Shown: positions 25,078-38,021 of the stretch, in pieces
Layout: each line of letters begins with the position of its first letter
How positions within the stretch are numbered: the stretch's first letter is position 1
Translations under genes and position numbers: made by a program
Assembly: GCA_051294905.1 (NCBI GenBank)
Contig: CM119372.1
Span: 17,424,001-17,488,000, forward strand
Source of the DNA: Botryllus schlosseri
Lineage: Eukaryota
Reading direction: 5' to 3'
DNA: 64,000 nt
The notes under the pieces: model-generated
Seen by the model: only the letters and a program-made list of their open reading frames with translations
Databases searched by the model: none
What the model was told of the DNA's origin: nothing

Positions 25078-28000
25078 ATGGTGAGTACGATCTGTATGAA
25101 CTATATTATCGCGATTTCTGCGTCCTATTTATTTTTATTTCTGCTTGTCAGGCGGATTTCAGCGAGAGACAAGTTGAAGGTAGGACTGCTTTATATTCGA
25201 TTACGATACTAAAGAAAGCTTTACTTCACCATAGAGTACGATGCTCACAAATATCCATCATATAGAATAGCCTGTCTGTATTGCAAGTCTGTATAAGTAA
25301 CAAATGTGTCCAGTGCCTGGTGTTTTTCGATTGAGGGGCTGTTGGTGAGAGTTACTACATCTTAGGAAGAACATCTTATTTATCAGATATCAACGAGGCG
25401 ATTGAGCTTTACAGCAAGGATGGAGATAAGAAAATTCACTTATGTCAAGTGGGGGATGTAGTTCGAGCGCTAGGGGAATGTCCAACCAACGAGGACGTTC
25501 TCAAGTTTCTTGGAAATCCTCCAGCTGAAGGTAATCTCTATTTAATTTATGTGATAGCCTAAAGTCCCATGTAATCCATCATACACTGTAAATCCGCAAG
25601 GTCGTATTGAACACTTCATAACACTTTTTTCTGCGTACAGACACACTTTTTGGACATATAAACGCATTGGGCCATTATCGTCGCAACGCTTCTGCGTATT
25701 TCTCCGTTTACATGTAACACTTCACCACTGCGGCTTATTTTCAAGAAAATTTATACTTAGTAATTTATCATCAATTTCGTATTCATAAACTATTGGTACG
25801 TTTGGAGATCACATTAAATCATGGTATATGTAAAATAATATTACTCACTTGACCCAACACTAAGTTAAAGGGTAATATTTCAATATACATATTTCCCTGT
25901 GACGCAGAGGGGTCACCACCTTCGTTACGGTAGAGCGCGCTCGATTTCAGTTTGGATTTGAATTGGTGGTTCGTCAGGCTTCAGGCAGAGAGTAGGGTAC
26001 ACGAAAAAAACTTGGCGAAATGGATATATTGAAGCAGTTTCTGCTACCTGATGGCGTAAAGGATCATAACATCCATGTACTGTAAGGTATGGAAATGCGG
26101 TAAATGTTATTGGATATATGTAATGTGAGGATAGTCATAAAATTAACTCGTTTTGACATTGCAGTAAGGTCGTTTGTTTTAGATGTTTTAGTAGGCTACT
26201 GATATCCCTTATTCATATGAATGTTCGTTAGATCTTTTGTAGTATATGATTCGTCTGATCTTATTGCTGGATGATCGAGCTTCGAATCTGATAATATACC
26301 AGGCTGCGACCAGGTCCAGTACTACGGTACTGATGGGAAGCTGCTATAGAAGTAACTTTTTTGACATATGGATAAAGGAATGTTCTCTCTATCCACACTG
26401 AAATATCCCTATGTAGGCGATATTGTGGTCCATTGTGGACAAGTACTGCAACGTCAGCAATTGAATGCCGGTATGACAGTCATGCAACGGTTTTCATTGT
26501 TTTTCAACTGCAACACATTTTACACTGTACTGTTTATTCCAAGTGGTAAGGTGTTAACTGAAGCGATTTTTTTTGACATGTCAAAATAGGTCAAAATTTT
26601 GTCAAAATTGTACTGTTAGGTCAAAAATTGCCAAAATTCTTTACAAAATCAAAATTTTGTTGGCAACTTGCATTTCGTTTGTATCATAGATGATTGCACT
26701 GTCGGTGAACTTATCATTTTACAATTTACATCTTGTAGCCTACTTTATAGTCCTACCGTTGTAGACGGACCATCGTCTGCTCATTGTGAATCTTAAACTG
26801 TCAAATGAAACAAATACTCAACGTAGCCTATTGCACTATCCTAACTGAAGCAAGACTGCGTGGGCATTGGTTCTTCTATTAGAAACCGTGTGATGAAAAA
26901 TTGGGATGTAGACAACTTTGTCATAATTAGAGAGAGAGTGCAGTGTACGCACAACTTCAGTGTTGCCGGCCAACAACTGCAGCTGGTGAACGTTCTTTCT
27001 TCATTCTTGCCAAGCTACTTAGTTAGGACAGACACTTTCTACCCGAAAATGTAGGAAAGTATCTTTCGTTGTACTACAACAAATTTTTAATTATTTTTAC
27101 CATAATACGAGATGTAACTAATACTACAATTATTCATGGGTCCAGATTTCGATAAAATAAGTTATTTTTCATGTAAAAATTTGTCAATTTTCATGCTAAA
27201 AGATTTTTTTAGGTCAAATTACTTCGGAAGAACTGACAGCTCCAGCCAGAAATAAAGATAAATTCCGGTAATACAGTTCTAACACTATGTGAGGAACACC
27301 TAATTTAAGTACATGGGGTCAAAATTAAGTTTTTCATCATCAAAATATGTGTGAATTTGAATTTTTTAGTCAAAATCTAACCTTTTTAGGTCCAAAACAT
27401 CGCCCCAATAATAGCACAGCCAACAAACAATCTTTTCAACAAACCATGGATCACAAGGGGTAGTATTTGTTTCGCCCAATCCCCAAATTTGACTTTTCTG
27501 AGTTTTTTGTGACACGGTAACTAAACTAAACTCTATTTTGCAGGTAGTATGTATTGAACTTGGCACCTTTTTGAAATGCATTTGCTGTATGGAATACTGG
27601 TAAGCATCACGGTGTTTTGTAAGTGAACTGGTATATCCTTAGAGAATGAATTTGATTCTGTTGCAATCGGTTATCTTTGTGATAAAGATTTTTATGAATG
27701 TTTGCTGATAAAATTTCACAAAAATTGTTAACAATCCAGGAAGTATACTAACTGTGCCAGAGTAAAATTGGTGGTAACGTCATGTGCAACTTTCCATTCC
27801 ATTACTTAATTATTCTATGAAAGACACCCTTCTGTCACGCACAACTTTTTGCAGAAAAAAAAAAACAACTGTATCCAGTATGATATCTGCGTGATTACTG
27901 ATCAGTTCATTTGTATCGCGAATTTTGACAACAAATATTTCTTTTCAATAGTCTTGGATTGATCCTCAAATTCGTTCAACTGATGTCCACTCTTTGAAAA

Positions 28001-31000
28001 GAGCCCCCTGGGTCTACCGTGCCTGCGCTATCAGACAATGTTGACAGTGACGTGAGGAGTCATTCGTAACGGGTTTTGTGCCGGCACAGTCATCTTATGT
28101 GATACAGACCTTTGTCTCAAGAACCCATGGATACATGTGATTATGTAAGCCTATTTATTCATTTTATATATCACCATTGATTATGTAATCTGCTGGTTTT
28201 TGCAGTCCTACTTTTCTTACGAACTATCTCGCAGAGTAGCTTACGGGCTATTCGATATGAGCTGAAAAAGGCTTCATCTGTGTATACTGTACAGTGTACC
28301 CTGAACTGTGTACACTGAACACTGAACAGAGATGTAGTTGAATGTAATGAGCTCGTGTAACTTGTACTTTAACTATTGCTTACTAAACTATAATGGGCTA
28401 GGTCAGTGGTTCTCAACCTGGGGGGCTGAGCACCTCTCCTGCGCTTCTGTAACCTACCTGTGTGAAATATTTATATTTAGCCTACTTCTGCATCAAATTT
28501 ACAATTTTCCTTTGGTATGTATCGTATTTTCTAGAAGCAGCATTTGGATTTGACCAGTAAAAAAAAAGAGCCGCCATGGCACGCCACGAATCAGGGACTC
28601 ATCAAGCCTGGGTTGCGGCTGATGGAAAGAATACAAAAAATGCCCTAATGTGCAGGTAGTATGTATTGCAATTGGCACCTTCTTGAAATGCATTTGTTGT
28701 TAAAAATACTGGTAAGCATCGCGGTGTTTCGTAAGTAAACTGGTATATCCTTAGATAATGAATTTGATTCTGCTGCATTCGGTTATTTTTATGAATGTTT
28801 GCTGGTAAAATTCCACTAAAATGATTAACAATCCAGGAAAGTATGCTACTCGTGCTGGAGTAAAATTGGTGGTAAGGTCACATGCAACTTTCCATTACAA
28901 TAATTATTTGTTCTATGAAAGACACCCTTTTGTCATATACAAATGTATCCAGTCTGATATCTGCGTAATACTGAATGCTGGTGACGTCATATTTTGTGAT
29001 ACGATTTTTGATGTACAACGTTCTTTCGAGTTCTCTACTAGTTGCTGACGAGTCTCAGCCGAAAATATTCAGGCTCATTTCAATATGCATATACTATTCA
29101 ATTTTATATTGAAGTTTTTCACCTCGAAGAAGCTGTTCGAATATTGAATAGTTCCCTTGTATTCCAAATTTTTGAAACAAGTATTTTCTTTTCAACAGTC
29201 TTGAATTGATCTTCAAACTCATCCAACTGGTGTCGACTCTTCGAAAAGACCCCCGGTTCTACCGTGCCTGTGCTAACGGACAATGTTGATAGTGACGGAT
29301 TTTGTGCCGGTGCAGTCATCTTTTGCGATAATGCTTTTGCCTCAAGAACCCATGGAAACATGTGATTATGTAAGTCTATTTATTCATTTAATATATCACC
29401 ATTAATTATGTAATGTGCTGGTTTTTGCAGTCCTAATTTTCCCAATAACTATCTATATATGCGATATAAGCAGAAGAGAGGCTTGATCCGTGTACATTGA
29501 ACAGAGGTGCTCTTGAATGTAAAGAGCTGGGGTAACTTGCATTTAAACTACTGCTTACTGAACTATACTTGGAACATCAAATTGAGATCATTTCCCATGT
29601 CGTGCTAATTCCAAATAATTTCGTTAATTAAATTTAATCAGGAAGGAAGGATTTTGAAAGATTGAGAACAATTACAATTACTGCAATGAAGGAAAAGTAT
29701 TCAACACCTTCGATAAGATATCACAAAGTTTTTTGTACTAAAGACAATCAATGTGTCCTTTGTCTGGTATATTTTCTCGTCTCAATTCAAAGCAGCTATA
29801 AAATCTTAGAATCGAAGTTATATGTAAAGCCTACCGTATGTCAATTATTGTAATGGAAATCCAAACCCATAGGAATAACGATTCTACTATATTTATTTTT
29901 GGATCCTGTTTGCAATCAATTACATTTTCAGCAAAACGAGGTTGATGAAGTCAACTGTCTTCTTCTCCAAGCCAAATTGAGAGACAAGCTAATATAATCC
30001 AAGACCCAAGCGCATGTCTTATTGAAACAGGTATCGTAATCTTTCTGTTTTGTGGACCATACAAATTTACATAGACCGTTCGTAGACGTACATAGACGTT
30101 CTGGAGTTACAGTTCTGCATTCTCACTGTTGCCTGTGCGTCTGAATGTCAATGTAAATGTCAAAATGACCGAATTGAAGAAAACGCAGACCTAATTCAAG
30201 ATATTTTTATTAGTCGTTATGCGAATTTTAGTCCTTCTCAGTGATAGGATTTCACATCTACCCGAGCGCCTTTCCTGCGCTTGTGTAACCTGCATGTGTG
30301 AAATATTTATATTTATTTCTGCATAAAATTTAGAATTTTCATTGACATATTCAAAACTTTGGAATTTAATCACATTTTCAAGGAGCGCAACTTGGAGTCG
30401 ACCAGTAAAAAGAAGCAAACACCATGGCACGCCACGAATCAGAGATTGACAGATCCTGGATCGCAGCTGATGCCAAGAATATAAAACTGCTTCAGTGAAA
30501 ATGGAGTATTCAGAAACATTGTTGACGTTTTGAGCTACTATGCATTGGATTGTCATACCCTGAAGGAGTGGTTCTCAAACAGGAGAAAGCATCTGAAGGG
30601 GCGTGAAGCCGCTGTCAACTAAAATCTTTTTCGCACATGGCAGCTTCTACTTATTTCTCTGTGTATGGTCAGAATTTAATATTTGAATATTCTCTCATCA
30701 ACAACTATTACCGTCACTGCCATCCAACCATCAGTTGGGATTTCTAGCGTTCTGGTTGCGTTTTTTAATTTCATGATACGACGATAAGGGGTGTGTGAAA
30801 TTTTCTTGCTTTCATAACGGGGCGTGTCCAAAAATGTTCAAGAACCAGTGCCCTAATGACTTCCAGATTTCATATTTTGCAGCAGACTGGTAAATAACAA
30901 CAAAATATTTTCTGTAAATCTGCAAAATTTGTATGGACTCAAAGAAACGATTTCTTTGTTATTTAAACAAAAGTGATTGGCATTAACCTGATATAAATAC

Positions 31001-32884
31001 TTGTAATGCAAGCCCTAGAATATTTTTGATGCCTGGTTAGCAGGCCCAATTTCATTAAGAGTAGAAAAATACTTTGAAACTGATACATTCATAGTTTGTT
31101 TATTTACAATAAAATTAGAAATTTACAAGCCATAATTTGATCAGTTTTAAATAAGTTTTAATGATTTGTGTTGATCATGTTTTCCGTTAACGGACGTAAC
31201 CAATGAATTTGATTCCATGCCATTGTCACGAAAGTTAAAGATACTAAATGATATTTTGTTCTCACTATCCCTAATTCCCTATGCATTCATTTTCATGATT
31301 GAGCGAGTTGCATAATATTTGTAGTGAGTTTGCTCTTGATTATTTGTGATGTTCGTGATTTCATGGACTATTCCGGAAACGGTTTCAACTGCTGATCTGA
31401 ATTTATGAAACCCTGTCACAGCAGCTATTGGAAATTTCAATATTTGCACGTATTTAATCACCCAGGTTGGGTATTATAAGCGTCATCTATTCATGAATCA
31501 ATAAAATCTGATTTTATTTTGAGCCCTGCGTTCCGGTGACTAGTCAACCAGCCACTTTGAGGCTGAACACTTTTTAGGTAAACACTTTTAATTTAAACAC
31601 TTCGCAACACTTCTAGGCGTTCAATTTTTGGATCACGTTTCGTGTTCAATTTTCCGGGTTGAGCAACACTTCAAAATTTACAGTGTACAAGTTGCGAAAT
31701 CATGCGTTGAACAACTGACGCAATATTAATGTAAGCACTCGAGCTTCATACATGCAAGTATTCATGTTATTGCCGGGTTTGGTCTGTCATTTATTTCATG
31801 CTTCAGGTGTCTTAATTATATTACGCAGACAACAGCGGGATAAAATGCTCTTCTAATGCAATATTTTAATGATGCAGTTTTCCGTCGGTATCGTCTTTTA
31901 TACCAGTAGCTTGCATAATTAAAGAGCTATAAAGGACATATGCATCATCAATATCATCATGTTACAATAAAATTTTGGAAAACCTGTCGTGCATATTCCC
32001 GATCCTTTCATATAATTCTGGGATACCGTGTACTACATTGCTTGCCGCTGCAGTTCCTCGGTTATATCATTGAGGCAACATAATGATATGCGCTTGATTG
32101 CAATTTAGATATGAAAAGTCATAAGCTCGCTCCAGAAGAATTCATGCCGATTTTCTCCAAAATAATCGCTGAAGCGACTAAGGGCACCTACGAGGATTTT
32201 ATGGAGGGCCTTCGCGTTTTCGATAAGGACGGAGACGGAACCGTGATGGGAGCCGAGATCAGACATGTCTTGACCACGCTTGGTAAGGATGTTAAAAATT
32301 CGCCACTGGAATATTAGCTTTACCGTGTGCATCTCGGATCCCATGTGTAATGTAGATGAACTTACCGAAATCTGTTAGCGACCAAATACCCTTACACGCT
32401 TAACATCTTGCCAATCAATCGATTACAATTTCAAGCGAAATTATGGATTTTACTGCCATGGTCTATATCCCTGTCGCATTTCCGCGCTTCGTGACAGAGA
32501 ATTCCACTTCCATCCAAGTCCTGTTTGAGATACACATTGCTCTTGTTGTGAGAGACATAACCAAGCGCCTTTGTTAAGTGAAAGACAAATGTTAAGGAGT
32601 TTCGCGCTTTCATACACGACCCTTCTTGGTAGGTGAAAAGTTGACAGCTACTGAAGTATCCATGATGATGCAAGGCCGAGAGGATGCGAATGGAATCCTC
32701 CAATACTCTGGTGAGTACACAACTATACATACATGCATAAACATACTCATATACAGGCGATATCAAGCAACGGCGGCAGACGCCCAGGTAGAATTGAACG
32801 ATGTCTGTGATACTAAATGCGATTGCATCTTCAATTTCAGATTTTTGCAAATTCCTTCTCGAAGACCCGCCATCGGCAATCTGA
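25078..32884 (+). CDS. Myosin essential (alkali) light chain, paralogue 2, 156 aa
   Basis: Exons 25078-25080, 25152-25179, 25387-25530, 32109-32282, 32633-32710, 32841-32884; sizes and phases identical to paralogue 1. Protein MADFSERQVEDINEAIELY...RVFDKDGDGTVMGAE...[20 protein letters not shown] at ~32965. Confidence 0.95.
27530..29570. repeat. Diverged intronic tandem duplication (~27530-28400 vs ~28645-29570; part repeated again at ~30265-30480)
   Basis: Long colinear blocks, e.g. TGCAGGTAGTATGTATTG...GAAATGCATTTG and GTGATTATGTAAG...TTTTTGCAGTCCTA, occur in both copies. Confidence 0.85.
28977..29139 (+). mobile_element. Solo pLTR-like insertion with hammerhead core
   Basis: Present only in copy 2 of the duplication. 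TSD AATACTGAAT/AATATTGAAT; contains CTGACGA-GTCTCAGCC-GAAA-ATAT-TC. Confidence 0.75.
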
Positions 32885-33503
32885 AAGACTGCGATTGCGA
32901 ATTTTGATCATGGTGGAATCGCGGCATCAAATGCAAACGGAGGATAGCTTATTGTTTTGGGCGTAATAAATGTTTCATTATTGAGTCGACGTGTATTCAA
33001 TATGCAAATTCGCGTGTGTCATTAGTGTCGAGGATTATAATTAGGTTATAATTCGGTTTGAAATTTGGGATTCGCTGAAGGTTTGCAGATTAGCGTGAGG
33101 GTTCACCGCAGGTTAGTAAAGTTTAAGAACCGTTGGAATATACATTCTTACTTATAGGGCTTCTAGTAATCGCAGGCACAAAATACTTCCGAAAATAACA
33201 ATAATAATATTACCTATACTATTTCACTTGGAAGAGGAGACTTATTTATTCTATTATTATGGCCTGCTCATCGCAATCGTTAGTATTATCTCAGGTTGTA
33301 CAGACCCCTGGCTTGAACCTATGCTAGACAGTCCTGATGTCGGTGCGATATCTCGCTGAAAGACTGAAGTAAATCCATACTGAAATCCAAAGCGGCGGAA
33401 TACCACCTATACCGGCACGATTGAAAATATCGCTTGCGAGGCGGGAAGCACGATAGTGGCATAACTCGAATAAGGGTCAATTAATCAATTTAGTAAACTA
33501 GGA

Positions 33504-33533
33504 TCACATGCTCAACTGATATAATAACACGTG
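33504..33533 (+). promoter_or_regulatory. MITF-type E-boxes upstream of tyrosinase
   Basis: TCACATG (= CATGTGA) at 33504-33510 and CACGTGA at 33528, ~90-120 bp before the ATG. Confidence 0.55.
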
Positions 33534-33620
33534 AAAGTATTATCCATCCTTAATATAGCTGAGCCGTACTAATCCGATGCCGCAAATATAAAGTCAAACT
33601 GGCACCAATGTATCCTACAG

Positions 33621-36307
33621 ATGCACAGAAAAATGATGCAGGTACTGCCGCATGTATGCGTGATGTATATTGCTTTATTGCATACTATGGAGCTCGCCCA
33701 CGGCCAATTTCCCAGACTTTGCACAACTACCGCAGCATTATCGGATCGGGAATGCTGTCCAAGCGTGATAGATGAATATGGTAGATCATCCAAGTGCGGA
33801 CACCACGTCGGCAGGGGGTCGTGTCAAGATATAGAGTTTGAAAGATATGAATTCGATCCTAAGCTCACAATTGATCTGATATTTGATGATAGAAAGGACT
33901 GGCCAAGATCATTTTTTGACAAAGCATGCACGTGCAATGGAAATTTCGACGGGGTAGACTGCAGTGTCTGTAAACCCGGATTTTCGGGGATTCGATGTGA
34001 GGAGAGGAAAAAGAATATAATTCGAAAAAACATTTTATCTTTGTCCGAATCCGAAATGGAAATTTTCATTTTAAACCTTAACAAGTCAAAACACACAATC
34101 AGTGAAGAATATGTCATATTGACCACGAGTTACGATCGAATTCTGTTGGGTGACGATCCGGTTTTTACGAATATATCAATCTACGATTTATTCGTATGGA
34201 TGCATTACTACGCTTCGCGAGATAATTTAGTGCTCGACCTCGATGGTGTCGGCAGCAATAACAAAGCCTTCACGAGTATCTTTGAAAGGTCTAGCGTACA
34301 ATCCGTGAATTTGAAAATTAGTAGTATTTGGGATTACGCCCACGCAGGCCCATCTTTTCTGCCTTGGCACCGGTACTTTATATTAAAATGGGAGGAGGAA
34401 TTCGCTCGCAACGTGGCTCAAGACCCGAATTTCGCGATCCCATACTGGGATTGGACCGAAAGTAGCTCGTGTGAGGTTTGTAACAACAGACTTTTCGGTA
34501 GAAAAGATTCAAATCGTCCCGAACTGATTGACGGAAATTCGTTGTTTTCCGATTGGCAAACAATCTGCAAAAGGCATGGCGATGACGATTACTTGCTTAA
34601 GGGCAGACAGTGTGATGGAACACCGGAAGGTCGAATGTTACGTAATTACGGCGAGTACGACTCCACAGCCAGCTCTGGTCTTCCGACATCACGCGACGTA
34701 GAGAACGTGCTTCAAGTCTCTGAATACGAGACAATACCGTACGACGCGACGTCTGACTACAGTTTTCGCAATGTCCTTGAAGGATTTGCTGATCCGAATA
34801 GCGGGAAAGCGTTGCCAGGATATAGCACAATGCACAACGCAGTGCATCTTTTCATGAATGGAACTATGTCTGAAGTAGGCTCGTCTGCGAATGATCCGAT
34901 ATTTATCGTTCACCACGCGTTTGTCGACGGGCTTTTTGAGGAATGGCTTCGGAAACATCCGCTAGATGGGGTTTTGAATGACCTGAATGCGCAGCGTGAA
35001 AGTATTGCCACGGGTCATAATTTGCAAGACTTTATGGTCCCGTTTTTTCCTTTAGTCCGTCAGATGGAGGGCTATCATTCGTCTGACCGGCTTGGCTATT
35101 CTTACGACTTCATCGAGGACGGAGAAAGTAGCGGCATCACTTACAGTGATCATGATAAACAAACGATAGCAGTGTTGTTGGATGCCGACGCAAGTTACGA
35201 TACTGTGCCTTCGGGCGGGTTTGGGGATGGCCTACCGGCCCCCTATTTCGAAGCTCTTACTGACAACCAACAACCTCGCCAGGTGATCGATGACATGAAG
35301 TGGCAGAATCCAAACATGGAAAGCCGCGGTGGAAACGCAGTGTTGCACGAAGCGAGGCTAGACGGCAATCACGCAGGTGGAGAAATAAATTCCCATGCAC
35401 CAACGGCCGAATCCGATGGGAAGCCAGCAGAAGGTTTCGATGTCGGCAGAAGGGTAAACACAAAATGGGAGCATCTCTTGTCGATTTTATACGATGGAGG
35501 GAGATACATCGCTCAACTTCCGATTCGAGATAAAATTCTATTACTACTGCTGGCTATTGTTACTGCCGTTTGTGTGGTATTTTGGGTTTTACTGTGCTGC
35601 AAATGCCGACGACTTCTGCCAGCAAGAAGGTCCAGATTGTCAAACAAAGGTAAGGTTTGAAATGACGGTAAGTGTGCTCGGCTCATGTGCCTACGTCGAA
35701 ACCACATTTCACAAGATGAGACATTTTCTTGGGGGCATTCTCAAGGACTTAGTTGTGAGATTTACCAGAAGACATTGGATAAAATAATCATACATTTGTT
35801 AGATCTTAACATTCGGTTGGTCGATACTCTCCTGTTTCATATTTAATTGGGAAAATACAATCCTTCAGAGTGTATAATGCATGGGAATATTTATCGAAAT
35901 ATAAAAGCGGTCAGAATTTGTGAAATGGTCTCCCTTGCTAACCACATGATTGGTCATGGGATGGCACATAATGTAGTCGCATATAATTGTCTCTGGAGAT
36001 ATGATATCGCTAATAATAAGGATTACTTTCACAGAATAGCATATTTCGGAAAACAACTATTATTCAGCCCATGCATTACAGTACATGCAATTCATGCAAT
36101 GTCCTGATATACAAACGTGTTTCGGAGACCGTCGACGTTATCATATTTGTCTATTCCACAGATTCTATCGGGCATAACTGTGTTTGTTTACAATCTGAAT
36201 ATGACGATTGTGAAAATCAAGCTCTGCTGAATGACTTCAACGGCTGCAAAACAATTTGTCGATCAAAGAAAAACCGGAATGTAAAGATTCTGCTTGACGA
36301 AATCTGA
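33621..36307 (+). CDS. TYR: Tyrosinase (melanogenic, membrane-bound), 2 coding exons, ~724 aa
   Basis: Exon 1 33621-35649 (donor G|GTAAGG) plus exon 2 36162-36307 (TTCCACAG). Signal peptide ending HG|QFPRLC, Cys-rich EGF-like region, CuA (WMHYY...HAGPSFLPWHR), CuB (HNAVH...ANDPIFIVHH; HH as in TYR rather than LH as in TYRP1/DCT), TM helix, tail with ENQALL. Confidence 0.93.
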
Positions 36308-36776
36308 AATGAATTGAAAGAATTTTAATTGATCATGACCTTTCACTTTTAAATATACGTTTTTTTTCGCATATTCTCAATCCGTATCCATCCCCTTTCG
36401 TGTCTGCCGGTATAGTTATCAGTAACGATATGAAGCATTTAATTCAATGTGGAGGAGGTTGTACAACTGTGCAAATATAAATTGAAGGGTTAAAGTATTC
36501 ACTGGTCACTATCACATGTAATCCGAGAGCTTTGTCGTTCCGCTTCTACCCGGCTGGATCACTTTAAAATTTTGTCTACGGCACGCTGCTAATCGGCAAC
36601 AGGTCAGCGTACCGTACAGGTATAATTGAGGAATAGGATACAGTAAACAAAATACTCCGAGTGAACCCCGTGTCGTGATCATCCCCATAGTTCTTCGGTG
36701 CCAATTGTCCTTTTGTTGCGAAGTTAAGTAGCTTTTCTAAAGATCGAAATCATGTTCCTGATTTGAGGATTTGGAC

Positions 36777-37425
36777 AAAGGGTGGGCAAACTTTTTATCT
36801 CGAGGGCCGCATTAAACTTCGGAATCCATTCGCGGGACGAACTATAGTAAAATCCGCATTGGAAGCCGAAACGCTATCTTCTCTATAATGATATTGTAAC
36901 CGAAGACATAGAGAATTGGAGTATACTTAAGAAGAAACCCAAAACGCACACCCGTCAGAAACATGAACGAGATTCTATAAGCTGACCCTCCTCAATAACC
37001 GATTTGCTCAAATTAGGGATGAAAGTATAGAGCAGGATGGAAATATGAATCTGTGAACAGCGATTGCGACTTTTGGTTTAGCTTCAAAACACACAGTGCT
37101 GACAGCATCATTAACACGTTACAATGCGCTTCGGAAATTGGCGTTCTGTGTTAAACTTGCCATATTCGCGTTCCTTATTGTGAAGACGGCAGCAACATAA
37201 TTTACCATTGTCTCAAACATTTTATTAATTCGGTCGATTTATTTTGCACCTTACTACCATCATAACTTAGCAATATCATGACTAAATAAATACACCAAGA
37301 AAAAGTTTAATCAAGTCGCTGCAGTAATTCGAATTTTACTGAACTTTCAATATTATTATAAAGCTTCTCGCGGCTTTCGCGGGGCACACTAAATGTTGCT
37401 GCGGCCCGTGGTTTGCCCACCCCTG
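36777..37425. mobile_element. hAT-like MITE (GGGTGGGCAAAC TIR)
   Basis: TIR GGGTGGGCAAAC/GTTTGCCCACCCCTG; imperfect TSD ATTTGGAC/ATATAGAC. Confidence 0.7.
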
Positions 37426-38021
37426 ATATAGACATATTGTTCACTGAGAGACATGCATACACTTTCATAAATGAACGTCAGGATGTCAGAGTGCAAAATG
37501 CCTCAGTTGTCGAAAATCACCCTCTCCCCTGTACGACTACATACAGGACCGTAACAGCACTTAGTCAGCACCCCCCGCCCCCCCCCAAAAAAAACGTCGA
37601 TCTATCACCCCCCCCCCAAAAAAAAAAAAATCGGTCTAGACCCCAGGGTGATAAACCGAACTTATGAAGGGCTACATGACGCAAAAGATTTGAAATTGGT
37701 ATTTCTTTAGTGGCAAATAATTTTTCCCTGTGCGATGGCCTTTGTCCTGTGGGGTTCAGATCGCCAGAACAGGATCATTCGGCGCCAGTCATAGATGCTC
37801 TATCCCTTGCTGTGTTCTTGCCTATGTCGATGAGACTTTCGACAACCAAATGATATCGCCAAAAGAACAACACATAGCTCTAGCTCGAAAGCAATAGGTT
37901 CCAGAACTCTGACCTTCGTATGTTTATTACTGACGGAGACGATTTCTCTACTGAGCTAGCAATGAGTTCGCCTCAAAAGTATCCACAGTTATTTTATTTT
38001 CGGACAATCGACCAGGCAAAA

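Noticed and set aside
35650..35660. Tyrosinase ending at the ORF-track stop (679 aa, single exon)
   Set aside because: A strong donor and an in-phase downstream exon supply the expected dileucine motif.
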